Source: an uncultured beta proteobacterium (GTDB lineage: Bacteria > Pseudomonadota > Gammaproteobacteria > Burkholderiales > Burkholderiaceae_C). From it: DNA of 64,000 nt. Under the pieces are notes generated by a model, which did no database searches, was not told where the DNA came from, and saw nothing but the letters and a program-made list of their open reading frames with translations. Position numbers and translations under genes: made by a program. The DNA lies in NCBI GenBank assembly GCA_903864505.1, contig CAIPGC010000103.1, positions 97-64,096 of the forward strand. Reading direction: 5' to 3'. Positions 38,295 to 46,688 of this stretch are shown piece after piece (position 1 is the first letter of the stretch; each line of letters begins with the position of its first letter).

Positions 38295-38728
38295 GCTGCC
38301 TCCCGGAATGTCTGCAACCGTTTTGCCTGCTCCTGGAAAGCGGCGTTCATTTCCAGCGGGTTGCTCAGGGAAATAATCTGTTCATGCAAATCAAGCATTG
38401 GCAATATCTCGCCAAGTGCAGGGCCATCAAAGCCCCATCTACCCGTGCGTGTGTAGCGTTCACGGCATCTCAGTAAGGCTTCTTGTGCGATCTGGCAGGT
38501 TTGCACGCACAGATCGTCAATCTTCTCGCTGCGAACCATGGTCGCATTGCAGGCGTAGCAGAGTTCGTTGAATGCGCCCTCACTGCCAATGCCGGTTTTG
38601 ATTTGCTCAAACGCCATGCGGGCGGGTAATGCGACTTCGGCCATTTGCTCATCGGTGAAGGGTTGCAGTTTGCTTATCAAGCGAAAAGCGGCCAATGGGT
38701 CGGCTTGGTATTTGCGGTGGTGTTTCAT
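38291..38728 (-). CDS. Hypothetical early protein
   Basis: MKHHRKYQADPL start with RBS GAGAG. Confidence 0.65.
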   Translation of the reverse strand: MKHHRKYQADPLAAFRLISKLQPFTDEQMAEVALPARMAFEQIKTGIGSEGAFNELCYACNATMVRSEKIDDLCVQTCQIAQEALLRCRERYTRTGRWGFDGPALGEILPMLDLHEQIISLSNPLEMNAAFQEQAKRLQTFREAA

Positions 38729-38825
38729 TTCAATCTCTCGAATATTGGTGGGGGAAAACCGCGCTGGTGTCTTAGAAATGGCCTTTACCGCCTGCACAAA
38801 CCAAGCGGCGGCTTTCCCCCGTAAA

Positions 38826-40541
38826 TCAGGCTGCTTGGCTCGCTTGCACTTTGTTGATGTGGTCCACGATGGCGGCGCAAATGTGTGTGAACTGGTACTC
38901 ATGGAACAGCTTGGAATTCTTGTCGGTCGCCGCAGGTTCGAACCCAAGGTGCTTCAAGAAGTCGGCAGTGATTCCAAGCCCCAAGCGCTCTCCGATCTGG
39001 CCCAAGCGCAATGTCGGCGGCGTTGACGGTGCTGGCGCACGCGATGGCATTGCGACCACGGTCGGCTTGACCGGCGCAATAGCAGGAACATTAAAGATCC
39101 GCTCTACTCGCTCTTCGGCAACACTGGTGCTTTGAACTTGCGGCGCTGGGCGGGCTGCTGCAGCTTCAGCATCTGCGCGAGCCTTGGCGGCTGCTTCGGC
39201 CTTGATTCGTTCCTGTTCTGCAATACGGGCGCGATCAGCCTCGATGCGGGCTGACTCTTTGGCTTCGTGAGCGCTGATTCGGTTTTGAATAACTGCCGCC
39301 AGGTCATCACTTGCCTTGAGTACCAGTTGCGCAGTGTCAGCAAAGAGAAACGCATAGTCCTGAGCCTTGTTGAGCGTGTTGAGGTTGATCTGGATGCGGT
39401 CAGCGATGGCGTTGGATTCGATCTTCACGCGCGCCAGTTCGTTGCTCACGGCTTCTCGGATGGAATCCACAGAGCGCTTGCCTTTGATGACTCCACCAAA
39501 GTCTGCGTGCACTGGTGGCATCAGCTTGCCGCCGATGCGGCTGTTTAGGTTCGCAATGTGCATGTTGAAGTCTGCAACTCCGCCGGCAACGATCTCGCCA
39601 CGGATGGTTTCCTTGCGCGCGGCCACTGCCTTTTCGCTTGCAAGCCTTGTCTGCCTTGCCAAATTGCGCAAATCGGCAATCGTGCGACGGAGTTCATTCA
39701 CATCCGACATTTGCGCCAGTGCATGTTCTTCGGACGATTCGAGCGCATCTTCTGCGCGCTTCAAAGCCTTGCATGCTGATTCGCAGTCCGCAAACTCTTG
39801 GTCGGTGCTTGGTGTAGCGGGAATGCGGGAAATGAATGTGCGCAGCGCAGCGCCGAATTCTGGCAAGTTGGATGCGACAACCAGTTCACCGGCCAAGCTG
39901 ACGGATACAGCGGGTAGGGATTCCATCGGTGCGGCAACTACTTTGGCGATAACTGGATCTGGCTTGAATTCTGCGAGATCAATCAAGAACTGTTTCCAGC
40001 CCGCAAGAATGCGCTGGCTAAGCTCTGGGTTGCTGGTGTACCAGACGTGCTCCATTGCGGTCTTGTCGCTGCTTGTGGCCATGAATAGCGCCTTCTCTGC
40101 GCCAATGATCATCAACTGCTGCTCAAGTTGTGGGTGATATTGCTCTGGGATGACTCCAAGCGACAGGCTTTCCAGCAACGACACGTTGGCCAACTTGTGT
40201 TCCCAGACAATATCCTCTCCAATAGTCGCCCCGTCGTAGCTGGCGGACAAGTGCATTCCATCAACTTCCAGAGTCGCAGTGATTGGGTACAACTCTTGGT
40301 CGATGATGCGTTCAGCCTCAGGTCGGGCGGCTGCCTCTGCAGCATGGCCCGCATCGAACAGGCGCTGCTTTGCCCCGTCAACTTCCGGAGTGATGCCGGT
40401 TGACTTCGCCTTGAGCAGATCCGTGCGGGTCTGGTACGGGCTGATTCCAAGCATTGCGCTGGCTTCGCTGGCGTTGAAATGTTTGGCCCGGTGCGCATGC
40501 CACTCGGTAGAGCCTTGGGTAAGTTGCGTGATGGTGTGCAT
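38826..40541 (-). CDS. YqaJ-like (lambda exo family) recombination exonuclease with coiled-coil extension
   Basis: QGSTEWHAHR...ASEASAMLG.SPY, SASYDG, WEHK and QLEQQL motifs. Confidence 0.88.
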   Translation of the reverse strand: MHTITQLTQGSTEWHAHRAKHFNASEASAMLGISPYQTRTDLLKAKSTGITPEVDGAKQRLFDAGHAAEAAARPEAERIIDQELYPITATLEVDGMHLSASYDGATIGEDIVWEHKLANVSLLESLSLGVIPEQYHPQLEQQLMIIGAEKALFMATSSDKTAMEHVWYTSNPELSQRILAGWKQFLIDLAEFKPDPVIAKVVAAPMESLPAVSVSLAGELVVASNLPEFGAALRTFISRIPATPSTDQEFADCESACKALKRAEDALESSEEHALAQMSDVNELRRTIADLRNLARQTRLASEKAVAARKETIRGEIVAGGVADFNMHIANLNSRIGGKLMPPVHADFGGVIKGKRSVDSIREAVSNELARVKIESNAIADRIQINLNTLNKAQDYAFLFADTAQLVLKASDDLAAVIQNRISAHEAKESARIEADRARIAEQERIKAEAAAKARADAEAAAARPAPQVQSTSVAEERVERIFNVPAIAPVKPTVVAMPSRAPAPSTPPTLRLGQIGERLGLGITADFLKHLGFEPAATDKNSKLFHEYQFTHICAAIVDHINKVQASQAA

Positions 40542-40543
40542 GA

Positions 40544-41293
40544 TTACTCCGCGTTGATAGTGTTTGCGTCCACCACAGTGGCTTTCACCATGGCGACTTG
40601 TTCCTCAGTCATGACGGCTTTGCTGCTGACCATGGCGATGATTTGCTCGGCGGTCCGTTTTCCTGCTTCAATCAATCCACGCCACGCTGGCAAGTTCTTT
40701 TGAAATGCGTCGTCGGAGTAGGGTGGAAGTCCCTTCGGCGTGATCTCTCCGGTTTCCGGGTTGATCTGCTTCATTGCGGGCGCGCCGTTTTCAATGATTC
40801 GCTCGGCTTCGTCAGCGTCATAGATACCGCCGAACCCGAAAGCAATGCGGGCGCACTGAATCATGGCCTTATGGCGCAACATGCGGTAAGGATGGCTTTC
40901 CCATGGCTTCACGCCAGGGCGCTTGCACTCTGCCATCCACTCGGTCAGTTTGGTCGGATGCGCGCGGTCCTTGCGGTAGATCGTGCAAGTGCAAGAGTCG
41001 GCGTCCTGCTCGAAGTCCATCCCGTCAAACTGCGGGTTGCTGTTGATGATGCGACTCCAGCCGTCAACACCGACAACCGGGACAATGCCGCCCTTGTCCG
41101 GAAACGCATAAATTTCCTTTGTCCAGGGGTTCAGCTTGTACTGGCCGGCGACAATCAGAAGGGCGCTCAACTGTGCGTCAGACACATCGCCCTTGAATGC
41201 TGTTGACTTCAAGACTTGATAGAGTTCTTCACTCTGCGGGAGATCAAAGCGAGTTGCTAGCTCGTTGATCTGGGTGGTAATGAGGTTGCTCAT
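40544..41293 (-). CDS. bet: Single-strand annealing protein Bet
   Basis: LNPWTKEIYAFPDKGGIVPVVGVDGWSRIIN and HPYRMLRHKAMIQCAR motifs. Confidence 0.92.
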   Translation of the reverse strand: MSNLITTQINELATRFDLPQSEELYQVLKSTAFKGDVSDAQLSALLIVAGQYKLNPWTKEIYAFPDKGGIVPVVGVDGWSRIINSNPQFDGMDFEQDADSCTCTIYRKDRAHPTKLTEWMAECKRPGVKPWESHPYRMLRHKAMIQCARIAFGFGGIYDADEAERIIENGAPAMKQINPETGEITPKGLPPYSDDAFQKNLPAWRGLIEAGKRTAEQIIAMVSSKAVMTEEQVAMVKATVVDANTINAE

Positions 41294-41304
41294 TTCTTCT
41301 CCAG

Positions 41305-41421
41305 TTAGTAAGTAAATTTCATGGTTTCCAGCGTCAGCGAGATTGCCGTGATGGGGTTGTTTGCACTGCGGTACAGCCGGTACAGTGCGAGTGCTTCTTT
41401 GATCTTGCGAATGGATTTCAT
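41305..41421 (-). CDS. 38-aa small protein (not in ORF track)
   Basis: MKSIRKIKEALALYRLYRSANNPITAISLTLETMKFTY; ATGA overlap with the upstream gene. Confidence 0.5.
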   Translation of the reverse strand: MKSIRKIKEALALYRLYRSANNPITAISLTLETMKFTY

Positions 41422-41717
41422 AGCTTCGCAGTCACCACAGAGCGGCCCTTGCGCGCCTTGCATTGCAGAGTGGTGTCATCAATCCACATGGCATTGCCAT
41501 TGCCGCAAATCTGAATAGCTGCTGCGTTGCGGCGTTGCTGTACTTCCTGATCTTTGAAGTGGCGCTGATCGCTCTCGAATAACTCTCGGTCGAACTTGGA
41601 AGCAGCGGCAAGCCACAGACCAATGATCGTCAGGGCAACAATCGCGCATATGCAGAAGTCAATGAACAGCACCTGTAAATCGCTCAGTGCGCATGTGTCG
41701 TTGAAGTAGTTGCGCAT
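41418..41717 (-). CDS. Membrane-anchored hypothetical protein
   Basis: TM segment LFIDFCICAIVALTIIGLWLAAA. Confidence 0.6.
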   Translation of the reverse strand: MRNYFNDTCALSDLQVLFIDFCICAIVALTIIGLWLAAASKFDRELFESDQRHFKDQEVQQRRNAAAIQICGNGNAMWIDDTTLQCKARKGRSVVTAKL

Positions 41718-41719
41718 GG

Positions 41720-42052
41720 TCAGACTCCGCAGCAGAGGTCATCACGCGATGACAGGTGGCGATCTATTGCCATGTCGTCGTTGTGTTCTTTTGCTTGGAT
41801 CAGATAGCTGTCGTAGCACTCGCATTCGAGTTCTTCTATCTGCGTGAAATGCAGGAAACCTGTTACCTCGCAGTGATCTCCAAACACTCGCAGGTTTTCC
41901 ACGTCACCATCGTCTGACATATCGAAATGGCATTCGACGGACTCATTTCCTTCGCCAATGATTGCGATATGCATCCAGTTGCCCATGGTTGGCTTTGCAG
42001 GCTCTATTTGTTTCAACGCTTCTTGAAGGATTGCGTGTATTGCTGCGCTCAT
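41720..42052 (-). CDS. Hypothetical early protein
   Basis: Acidic 110-aa ORF, coupled. Confidence 0.6.
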   Translation of the reverse strand: MSAAIHAILQEALKQIEPAKPTMGNWMHIAIIGEGNESVECHFDMSDDGDVENLRVFGDHCEVTGFLHFTQIEELECECYDSYLIQAKEHNDDMAIDRHLSSRDDLCCGV

Positions 42053-42252
42053 TGCGACACCTCAACGCGCCGTGGTGTGTGGCGCAAGTCAACCAGATCG
42101 ATCGCTGCCTGCGCTTGGACTCGCGCTGGGTGCAAGGGGTTGGGGAAATAGCCAACCATGGTCTTGGTTGCCTCAAGCAAGTCCAATGCTGCTATCGGGT
42201 AGTCTTGAAAGAACCTTGCGGCAGATCCAGGCGCATACAGTTTGATTTCCAT
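42049..42252 (-). CDS. First gene of the pL operon (67 aa)
   Basis: ATG at 42252 preceded by RBS GGAG. Confidence 0.6.
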   Translation of the reverse strand: MEIKLYAPGSAARFFQDYPIAALDLLEATKTMVGYFPNPLHPARVQAQAAIDLVDLRHTPRRVEVSQ

Positions 42253-42547
42253 GCCAACTCCATCGGTTTGATGAACAGATCGAATAAGGCGGGACTCTGG
42301 TGACTGGCCAGATGACCCTAAGGGCTTTGTGCTACCGCGCCACGATTCCAATGGCACCCCTTCGACGGCCCTGCTTTGCTACCTGCTGTCACACATTCAC
42401 AGGAACCCGCCTTATTCGATCTACCTTGTCGCTTCAAACACATCGGAGCTAGCTCCTAGACCGCAGGTAGTGATTTGCCCGCTTTGCTCTCCCGTTGCGT
42501 ACTGGATCGCTCTGGGAATGTCGTCTCGCGTTTGATTGCGATGAGTT

Positions 42548-42576
42548 AATGTAGCAAAAGGCTAAATTAAAGTCAA
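42548..42576 (-). promoter_or_regulatory. pL promoter overlapped by OL operators
   Basis: TTGACT-17-TACATT on the minus strand; TAGC-N5-GCTA boxes at 42552-42564 and 42575-42587. Confidence 0.85.
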
Positions 42577-42618
42577 GCATAAAGCTAATGTAAGAGCTAA
42601 AATATTTCCACGAGGCGT

Positions 42619-42642
42619 AAAAAAACCCGCACATGGCGGGTT
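42619..42642 (-). terminator. Terminator of the cI operon
   Basis: AACCCGC-loop-GCGGGTT hairpin with a T7 run on the minus strand. Confidence 0.8.
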
Positions 42643-42662
42643 GTTGGTAAATTGTCCGTGGT

Positions 42663-43007
42663 CTAGTCGGGCTTCTTTGCGATCGCTATTTTTGCCAGAT
42701 CAAAGAGCAAAGTAATGATAGTTGCCAGCACCAGCACTGACGATCCCAAGATTATCAAAATGTCTTTTCCGCTGATTGACTTGTCCGTCCACCCCGTTGA
42801 TATGATCAAGTAGGAGTAAAACCCAATGAGCAACAACTCTGTGAGAATTGCGCGATTTTCGGGACTGAATGCAACTTTGATCTTCGCCCTGGTGGTCTCT
42901 GCGACTGCAAATTTCTTAGCCGTTGCCCAGAGCCAAATGATTACCTCTTTGGCTATCACGCTGACAACAGCAGTGACTGCAATCGTGGTTAGCTGGTTAG
43001 TTTCCAA
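42663..43007 (-). CDS. 3-TM membrane protein in the immunity region
   Basis: Three hydrophobic segments; downstream of cI. Confidence 0.7.
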   Translation of the reverse strand: METNQLTTIAVTAVVSVIAKEVIIWLWATAKKFAVAETTRAKIKVAFSPENRAILTELLLIGFYSYLIISTGWTDKSISGKDILIILGSSVLVLATIITLLFDLAKIAIAKKPD

Positions 43008-43080
43008 AGTACGCTCCTAAATCAGCATCCATAGATTGCGGGCAGTCGCTCACATTCTTCATGCGCCCCAAGGGGCGAGC

Positions 43081-43512
43081 TTATTTTGGACACCACTTTT
43101 CACCCGGGCAATGGCGACTCTCCAGTGCTTCCGCAGATGCGCGGTTCAATCTGAAGATTTCCGCGTTGGCTTGTGCCGTGATCTTGAAAGCATCCCAGCA
43201 TGCCTTCGAGATCTCCGGAGCATTGGGAAACTCAACGGCGTCCGCTTGGCACTCTGCACGATCTCGAATCATTGTCGCTGTAATCTCGCGGGCGGCCCCC
43301 GTTGCTTCTGCGTACTGTGATGCAATTCGCTCTTTCTCGTTGGGAGAATTCCACCATGCTACAAAAAACGATACAAACAAAATAATCCCCCAAAGCCTCC
43401 AAACGCCCCAATCCTTTTGGTTTTTCTTTTCTGGGCGTTTTGTACTTCGAAGTTCACTAAGGAGCTTTTCAACATCCGCTGCTTGGTCAGTGGGGCGGTG
43501 TATTTCGCTCAT
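43081..43512 (-). CDS. Single-TM protein with Cys-containing C-terminal domain
   Basis: WRLWGIILFVSFFVAWW TM and four Cys; starts 2 nt after the cI stop. Confidence 0.7.
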   Translation of the reverse strand: MSEIHRPTDQAADVEKLLSELRSTKRPEKKNQKDWGVWRLWGIILFVSFFVAWWNSPNEKERIASQYAEATGAAREITATMIRDRAECQADAVEFPNAPEISKACWDAFKITAQANAEIFRLNRASAEALESRHCPGEKWCPK

Positions 43513-43514
43513 CG

Positions 43515-44213
43515 TTAATCATCCTCCCACTTCCCAATCACGGTTCCAAGCACTCTAAATGGCTCAATGATGGGAGGGTGTGAGGTGTTCAGCGGGGCAA
43601 GCCACTTTCGACCATCCTCTTCCTTGTATACCTTAAATGTCACAGCGTCAGAGCCAACCAGCTTCGCAATGATTCGATCACCGTTGGCCGGCATGTTCTT
43701 GCTTGGGTCAACGATTATGTAACACCCGGCAGGATAAGACTTTCCGAATGGAGCTGTCATCGAGTCTCCATTCACGCGCAGCGCATAAGTGCATGTGCTG
43801 TGACCTCGAATGATTGGCAGGTAACGCTCTGCGTCACCCGGCTGGAATAGGTCCTGGGCTTCATGCCACGACCCCGCTTGCACCCAAGAAATCACTGGAA
43901 CCTCCCCGGTGAACGCTCTTGCGGCATCCACGTTCCCAACATTAATTTTTGATTTGCTCATCCTTGCTTCTACGTCAAGGGAATGATCGGCATCCATCCA
44001 ACCAAGTTGCTTGCCCATTTTGCCTTCAATGTAGCGAGCGGTCTTTGTGCTCATGCCGCGCTGCTTCCCAGTCCCGGAATTTATCGACCCAAGTTTCCAT
44101 TGGCTCACCTGGGAGTCGCTTCGTTCGAGACGTGCACTCAACTTTGACAAGCCGCCGCATTCCGCCTCAAGGGCTGCAATGTTTTCACGGCGGATTTCAT
44201 CAATTGGCTTCAT
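43515..44213 (-). CDS. cI: CI-like repressor (HTH + S24 peptidase)
   Basis: N-terminal HTH; VPVISWVQAG, YALRVNGDSM and VTFK autoproteolysis motifs. Confidence 0.93.
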   Translation of the reverse strand: MKPIDEIRRENIAALEAECGGLSKLSARLERSDSQVSQWKLGSINSGTGKQRGMSTKTARYIEGKMGKQLGWMDADHSLDVEARMSKSKINVGNVDAARAFTGEVPVISWVQAGSWHEAQDLFQPGDAERYLPIIRGHSTCTYALRVNGDSMTAPFGKSYPAGCYIIVDPSKNMPANGDRIIAKLVGSDAVTFKVYKEEDGRKWLAPLNTSHPPIIEPFRVLGTVIGKWEDD

Positions 44214-44227
44214 GAAATGGCATTGTG

Positions 44228-44291
44228 TAGCGTAAAGCTAAGAAAAAGAATTAGCGAAAGGCTTGCGTTAGCGTTAGCTTTAGGCTAAAGT
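44228..44291. promoter_or_regulatory. OR1-3 operators and pR
   Basis: TAGC-N5-GCT(A/T) at 44228, 44252 and 44275; pR TTGCGT(44263)-17-TAAAGT(44286). Confidence 0.82.
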
Positions 44292-44298
44292 GACGCAC

Positions 44299-44574
44299 AT
44301 GAACCTTTATGACTATTTCCAGCAAGAGGGCCGGGGCGTAGCGACAAGAGTCGCGAAATCGATTGGAGCCCACGTGCCCGATGTATCCGACTGGGCTAAT
44401 GGCAATCGCCCAATACCAATCAAATTCGGAGCGCCAATTGAGTTGGCAACCAACAAAGCTGTGACCAGGCAAGAGATGTTTCCAGAGGATTGGAAGCAGA
44501 TTTGGCCAGAGCTGATCGGCATTGACGGGTCTCCCGCAACCACCCCTCAACCAGAAGGAGTGGCGAATGTCTGA
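44299..44574 (+). CDS. cro: Cro / YdaS-like regulator
   Basis: Divergent from cI; VAKSIGAHVPDVSDWANGNRPIP...IELAT..AVTRQEMFPEDW..IWPEL. Confidence 0.88.
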   Translation: MNLYDYFQQEGRGVATRVAKSIGAHVPDVSDWANGNRPIPIKFGAPIELATNKAVTRQEMFPEDWKQIWPELIGIDGSPATTPQPEGVANV

Positions 44575-44842
44575 TCTACCCCTTATCGCAGCAACAGAGT
44601 GGGCGCGTGCGCATTCCGGCCGCTCATTCGACCCAATTGCATTTGGCAAGGATGTAGCCCTTGTGTACTGCGCTTGTGAAAAGACGCTGTTCAACGCAGG
44701 CGACGAAAAGGCTATGGCTGCGGCGTTAGCTTCGTTATCAGTTCCGAGCGAAGTGTGGCAATCGCTTGCGCAGCTTTCTTCGCTGCTTCGTCGCTCGACA
44801 ACGGAGCAACAGCCAACGCATTCGGACAGTGCTGAATCATGA
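44567..44842 (+). CDS. Hypothetical protein after cro
   Basis: RBS AGGAG; 8-nt overlap with cro. Confidence 0.55.
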   Translation: MSDLPLIAATEWARAHSGRSFDPIAFGKDVALVYCACEKTLFNAGDEKAMAAALASLSVPSEVWQSLAQLSSLLRRSTTEQQPTHSDSAES

Positions 44843-44888
44843 GTTTGATGATGTCCGTTGCCAAGCTGGCAGCATTTACTTCTTGCAT
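44712..44888 (-). CDS. 58-aa antisense protein
   Basis: RBS AAGGGA 5 nt before ATG; helical sequence MQEVNAASLATDIIKLMIQ... Confidence 0.5.
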   Translation of the reverse strand: MQEVNAASLATDIIKLMIQHCPNALAVAPLSSDEAAKKAAQAIATLRSELITKLTPQP

Positions 44889-44976
44889 GGTGTTCCCTTT
44901 CGGTAGCGTGTTGTGGAACTCGCAGTTTATGCCGATTGGGAACACCGCCAATCAAAACAGCCAAGGAGTCTGACCC

Positions 44977-45249
44977 ATGGACTCCATTGACGACTGTTCG
45001 TTCGCGCGCTCCAGTTCGAGCGACGTATTCGGAAAACTTGATGCCGAACTCCCGCCAGTTCGCATCAGCGCCGATGTCCTCTCTGAAGTGCACAAGCTGG
45101 CCAGCGCTGCAGGGATGAACTTGAGCGAGTACCTGCGCACCATGGTTCACGTCAGAGTGTTTGGCATTGAGCATGTTCTAACTCTACAAGCTGATCGCCT
45201 TCGCCGCGCCATGGGCAATGCAGAGCAATTGCAAAGCGAGAAGCAATGA
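44977..45249 (+). CDS. CII-position regulator (RHH-like)
   Basis: VRISADVLSEVHKLASAAGMNLSEYLR pattern; RBS AAGGAG. Confidence 0.6.
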   Translation: MDSIDDCSFARSSSSDVFGKLDAELPPVRISADVLSEVHKLASAAGMNLSEYLRTMVHVRVFGIEHVLTLQADRLRRAMGNAEQLQSEKQ

Positions 45250-45566
45250 GCGAATACGACCACCCACGGTTTGGAATTCCAAATCAAAGCCCGTTCGATG
45301 TGCAATGGAGCAAGCCAAGTCCGGTGCTCACGCAAAAAGAACAGCGTGCTGTAGCCACTATCGAGCGTAATCGCGCATCAGCAAGAAAGCGTTCCGCAGA
45401 GATTCTGGCGGCAAAGAAAGCAGCCAAAGAGCATGTGAATCTTGCGCTGGATTCCCGCGGAAGGGCAACGGTAGGAATGGCACCACGTAGCAGAGCGGCA
45501 ATAAGCATCGGCACTCAGAGCGATGCAGACAAGTTTCAGAAGATCAAACGAGGAACTTCGTCATGA
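45246..45566 (+). CDS. Basic hypothetical protein
   Basis: Coupled ORF. Confidence 0.6.
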   Translation: MSEYDHPRFGIPNQSPFDVQWSKPSPVLTQKEQRAVATIERNRASARKRSAEILAAKKAAKEHVNLALDSRGRATVGMAPRSRAAISIGTQSDADKFQKIKRGTSS

Positions 45567-45796
45567 CTTCTGCAGCACTTCAAAAGTTGGTTGATGAATC
45601 GCTTGAGCTTGAGATAGTTATGGCGGGAAAGAACATCGAAATCGCCAATTTGCAGATGAAATTGGGTACTGAGCCGTATATGTACTTCGCCGGCCAGCGG
45701 GACTACTGGGCGGGTGTTTTGAGAGATTGTGTGGCTATGCGGAGTCCGGAGCAGGTGGCGATGATGGAGAGCGAAAGGGGGCTTTCCTGTGCGTGA
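45563..45796 (+). CDS. Hypothetical protein
   Basis: Coupled ORF. Confidence 0.6.
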   Translation: MTSAALQKLVDESLELEIVMAGKNIEIANLQMKLGTEPYMYFAGQRDYWAGVLRDCVAMRSPEQVAMMESERGLSCA

Positions 45797-46688
45797 TTAC
45801 GCGAAAGTTGAGCCAAAGATGTGGCACGGTAAAACGTGTAAGGACTTGCGCAAGAAGGGTCCGAAGGCCCTTGTAGTGGGCTTGTATTTGATGACTTCGC
45901 CATCGTCAAACATGCTCGGACTGTTCAACCAGCCAGTTTTGTACATGGCCCATGAAACAGGGCTAGGCATCGAAGGGGCTATGGAGGGGCTTAGTGCATG
46001 CATTGAAGTCGGATTTTGCAGCTACGACGAAGAATCTGAAACCGTTTGGGTGCACGAAATGGCGCGCTACCAAATTGCACCATTTCTCAAGGCGTCAGAC
46101 CTCAGATGCAAGGGTGTTCAGAAGGACTACGAGGCATTGCACGATAACCCGTTCCTAGGGCAATTCTTTGACCGGTACGAACAATCATTTCACCTTACAT
46201 CGCGTAGAGATTTTCCTGAAATAAAACAAGCCCCTACCAAGCCCCTACCAAGCCAAGAGCAAGAGCAAGAGCAAGAGCAAGAGCAAGAGCAAGAGCAAGA
46301 GCAAGAGCAGAAGAAGCCTACGGCTACGTCAGCAGCCAAGCTGCCGACCTGCCAGACGCAGGCTGTGATCGACCTGTATCACGACATCCTGCCAAACCTG
46401 CCAAAGGTTCGGTTGCACACCAAGGACCGGGTGAAGGCAATTCGCAAAGTCTGGGAATGGGTTTTGACCAGCACGAAACCCGACCATGCACGCCGCGCCG
46501 AAACCGCAGAGCAGGCGCTAGCCTGGTTCCGAAGCTACTTCGAACGCGCAACTGAAAACGATTTTTTGATGGGTCGCACGCAGCGCGGTGCAGAGCACTC
46601 GAACTGGAAATGCGACCTTGATTTCCTGCTGACCGACCGCGGTATGAAGCACGTAATTGAAAAAACCCAGACAGGTGATGGCCAATGA
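45789..46688 (+). CDS. Replication initiator (O-like)
   Basis: Directly upstream of DnaB; internal direct repeats and a (QE)9 linker. Confidence 0.75.
   Translation: MRDYAKVEPKMWHGKTCKDLRKKGPKALVVGLYLMTSPSSNMLGLFNQPVLYMAHETGLGIEGAMEGLSACIEVGFCSYDEESETVWVHEMARYQIAPFLKASDLRCKGVQKDYEALHDNPFLGQFFDRYEQSFHLTSRRDFPEIKQAPTKPLPSQEQEQEQEQEQEQEQEQEQKKPTATSAAKLPTCQTQAVIDLYHDILPNLPKVRLHTKDRVKAIRKVWEWVLTSTKPDHARRAETAEQALAWFRSYFERATENDFLMGRTQRGAEHSNWKCDLDFLLTDRGMKHVIEKTQTGDGQ
46227..46307 (+). repeat. Iteron-like repeat (CAAGCCCCTAC x2.5) plus (CAAGAG)x9 microsatellite
   Basis: Read directly from the sequence; preceded by an AT-rich tract at 46211-46226. Confidence 0.9.
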
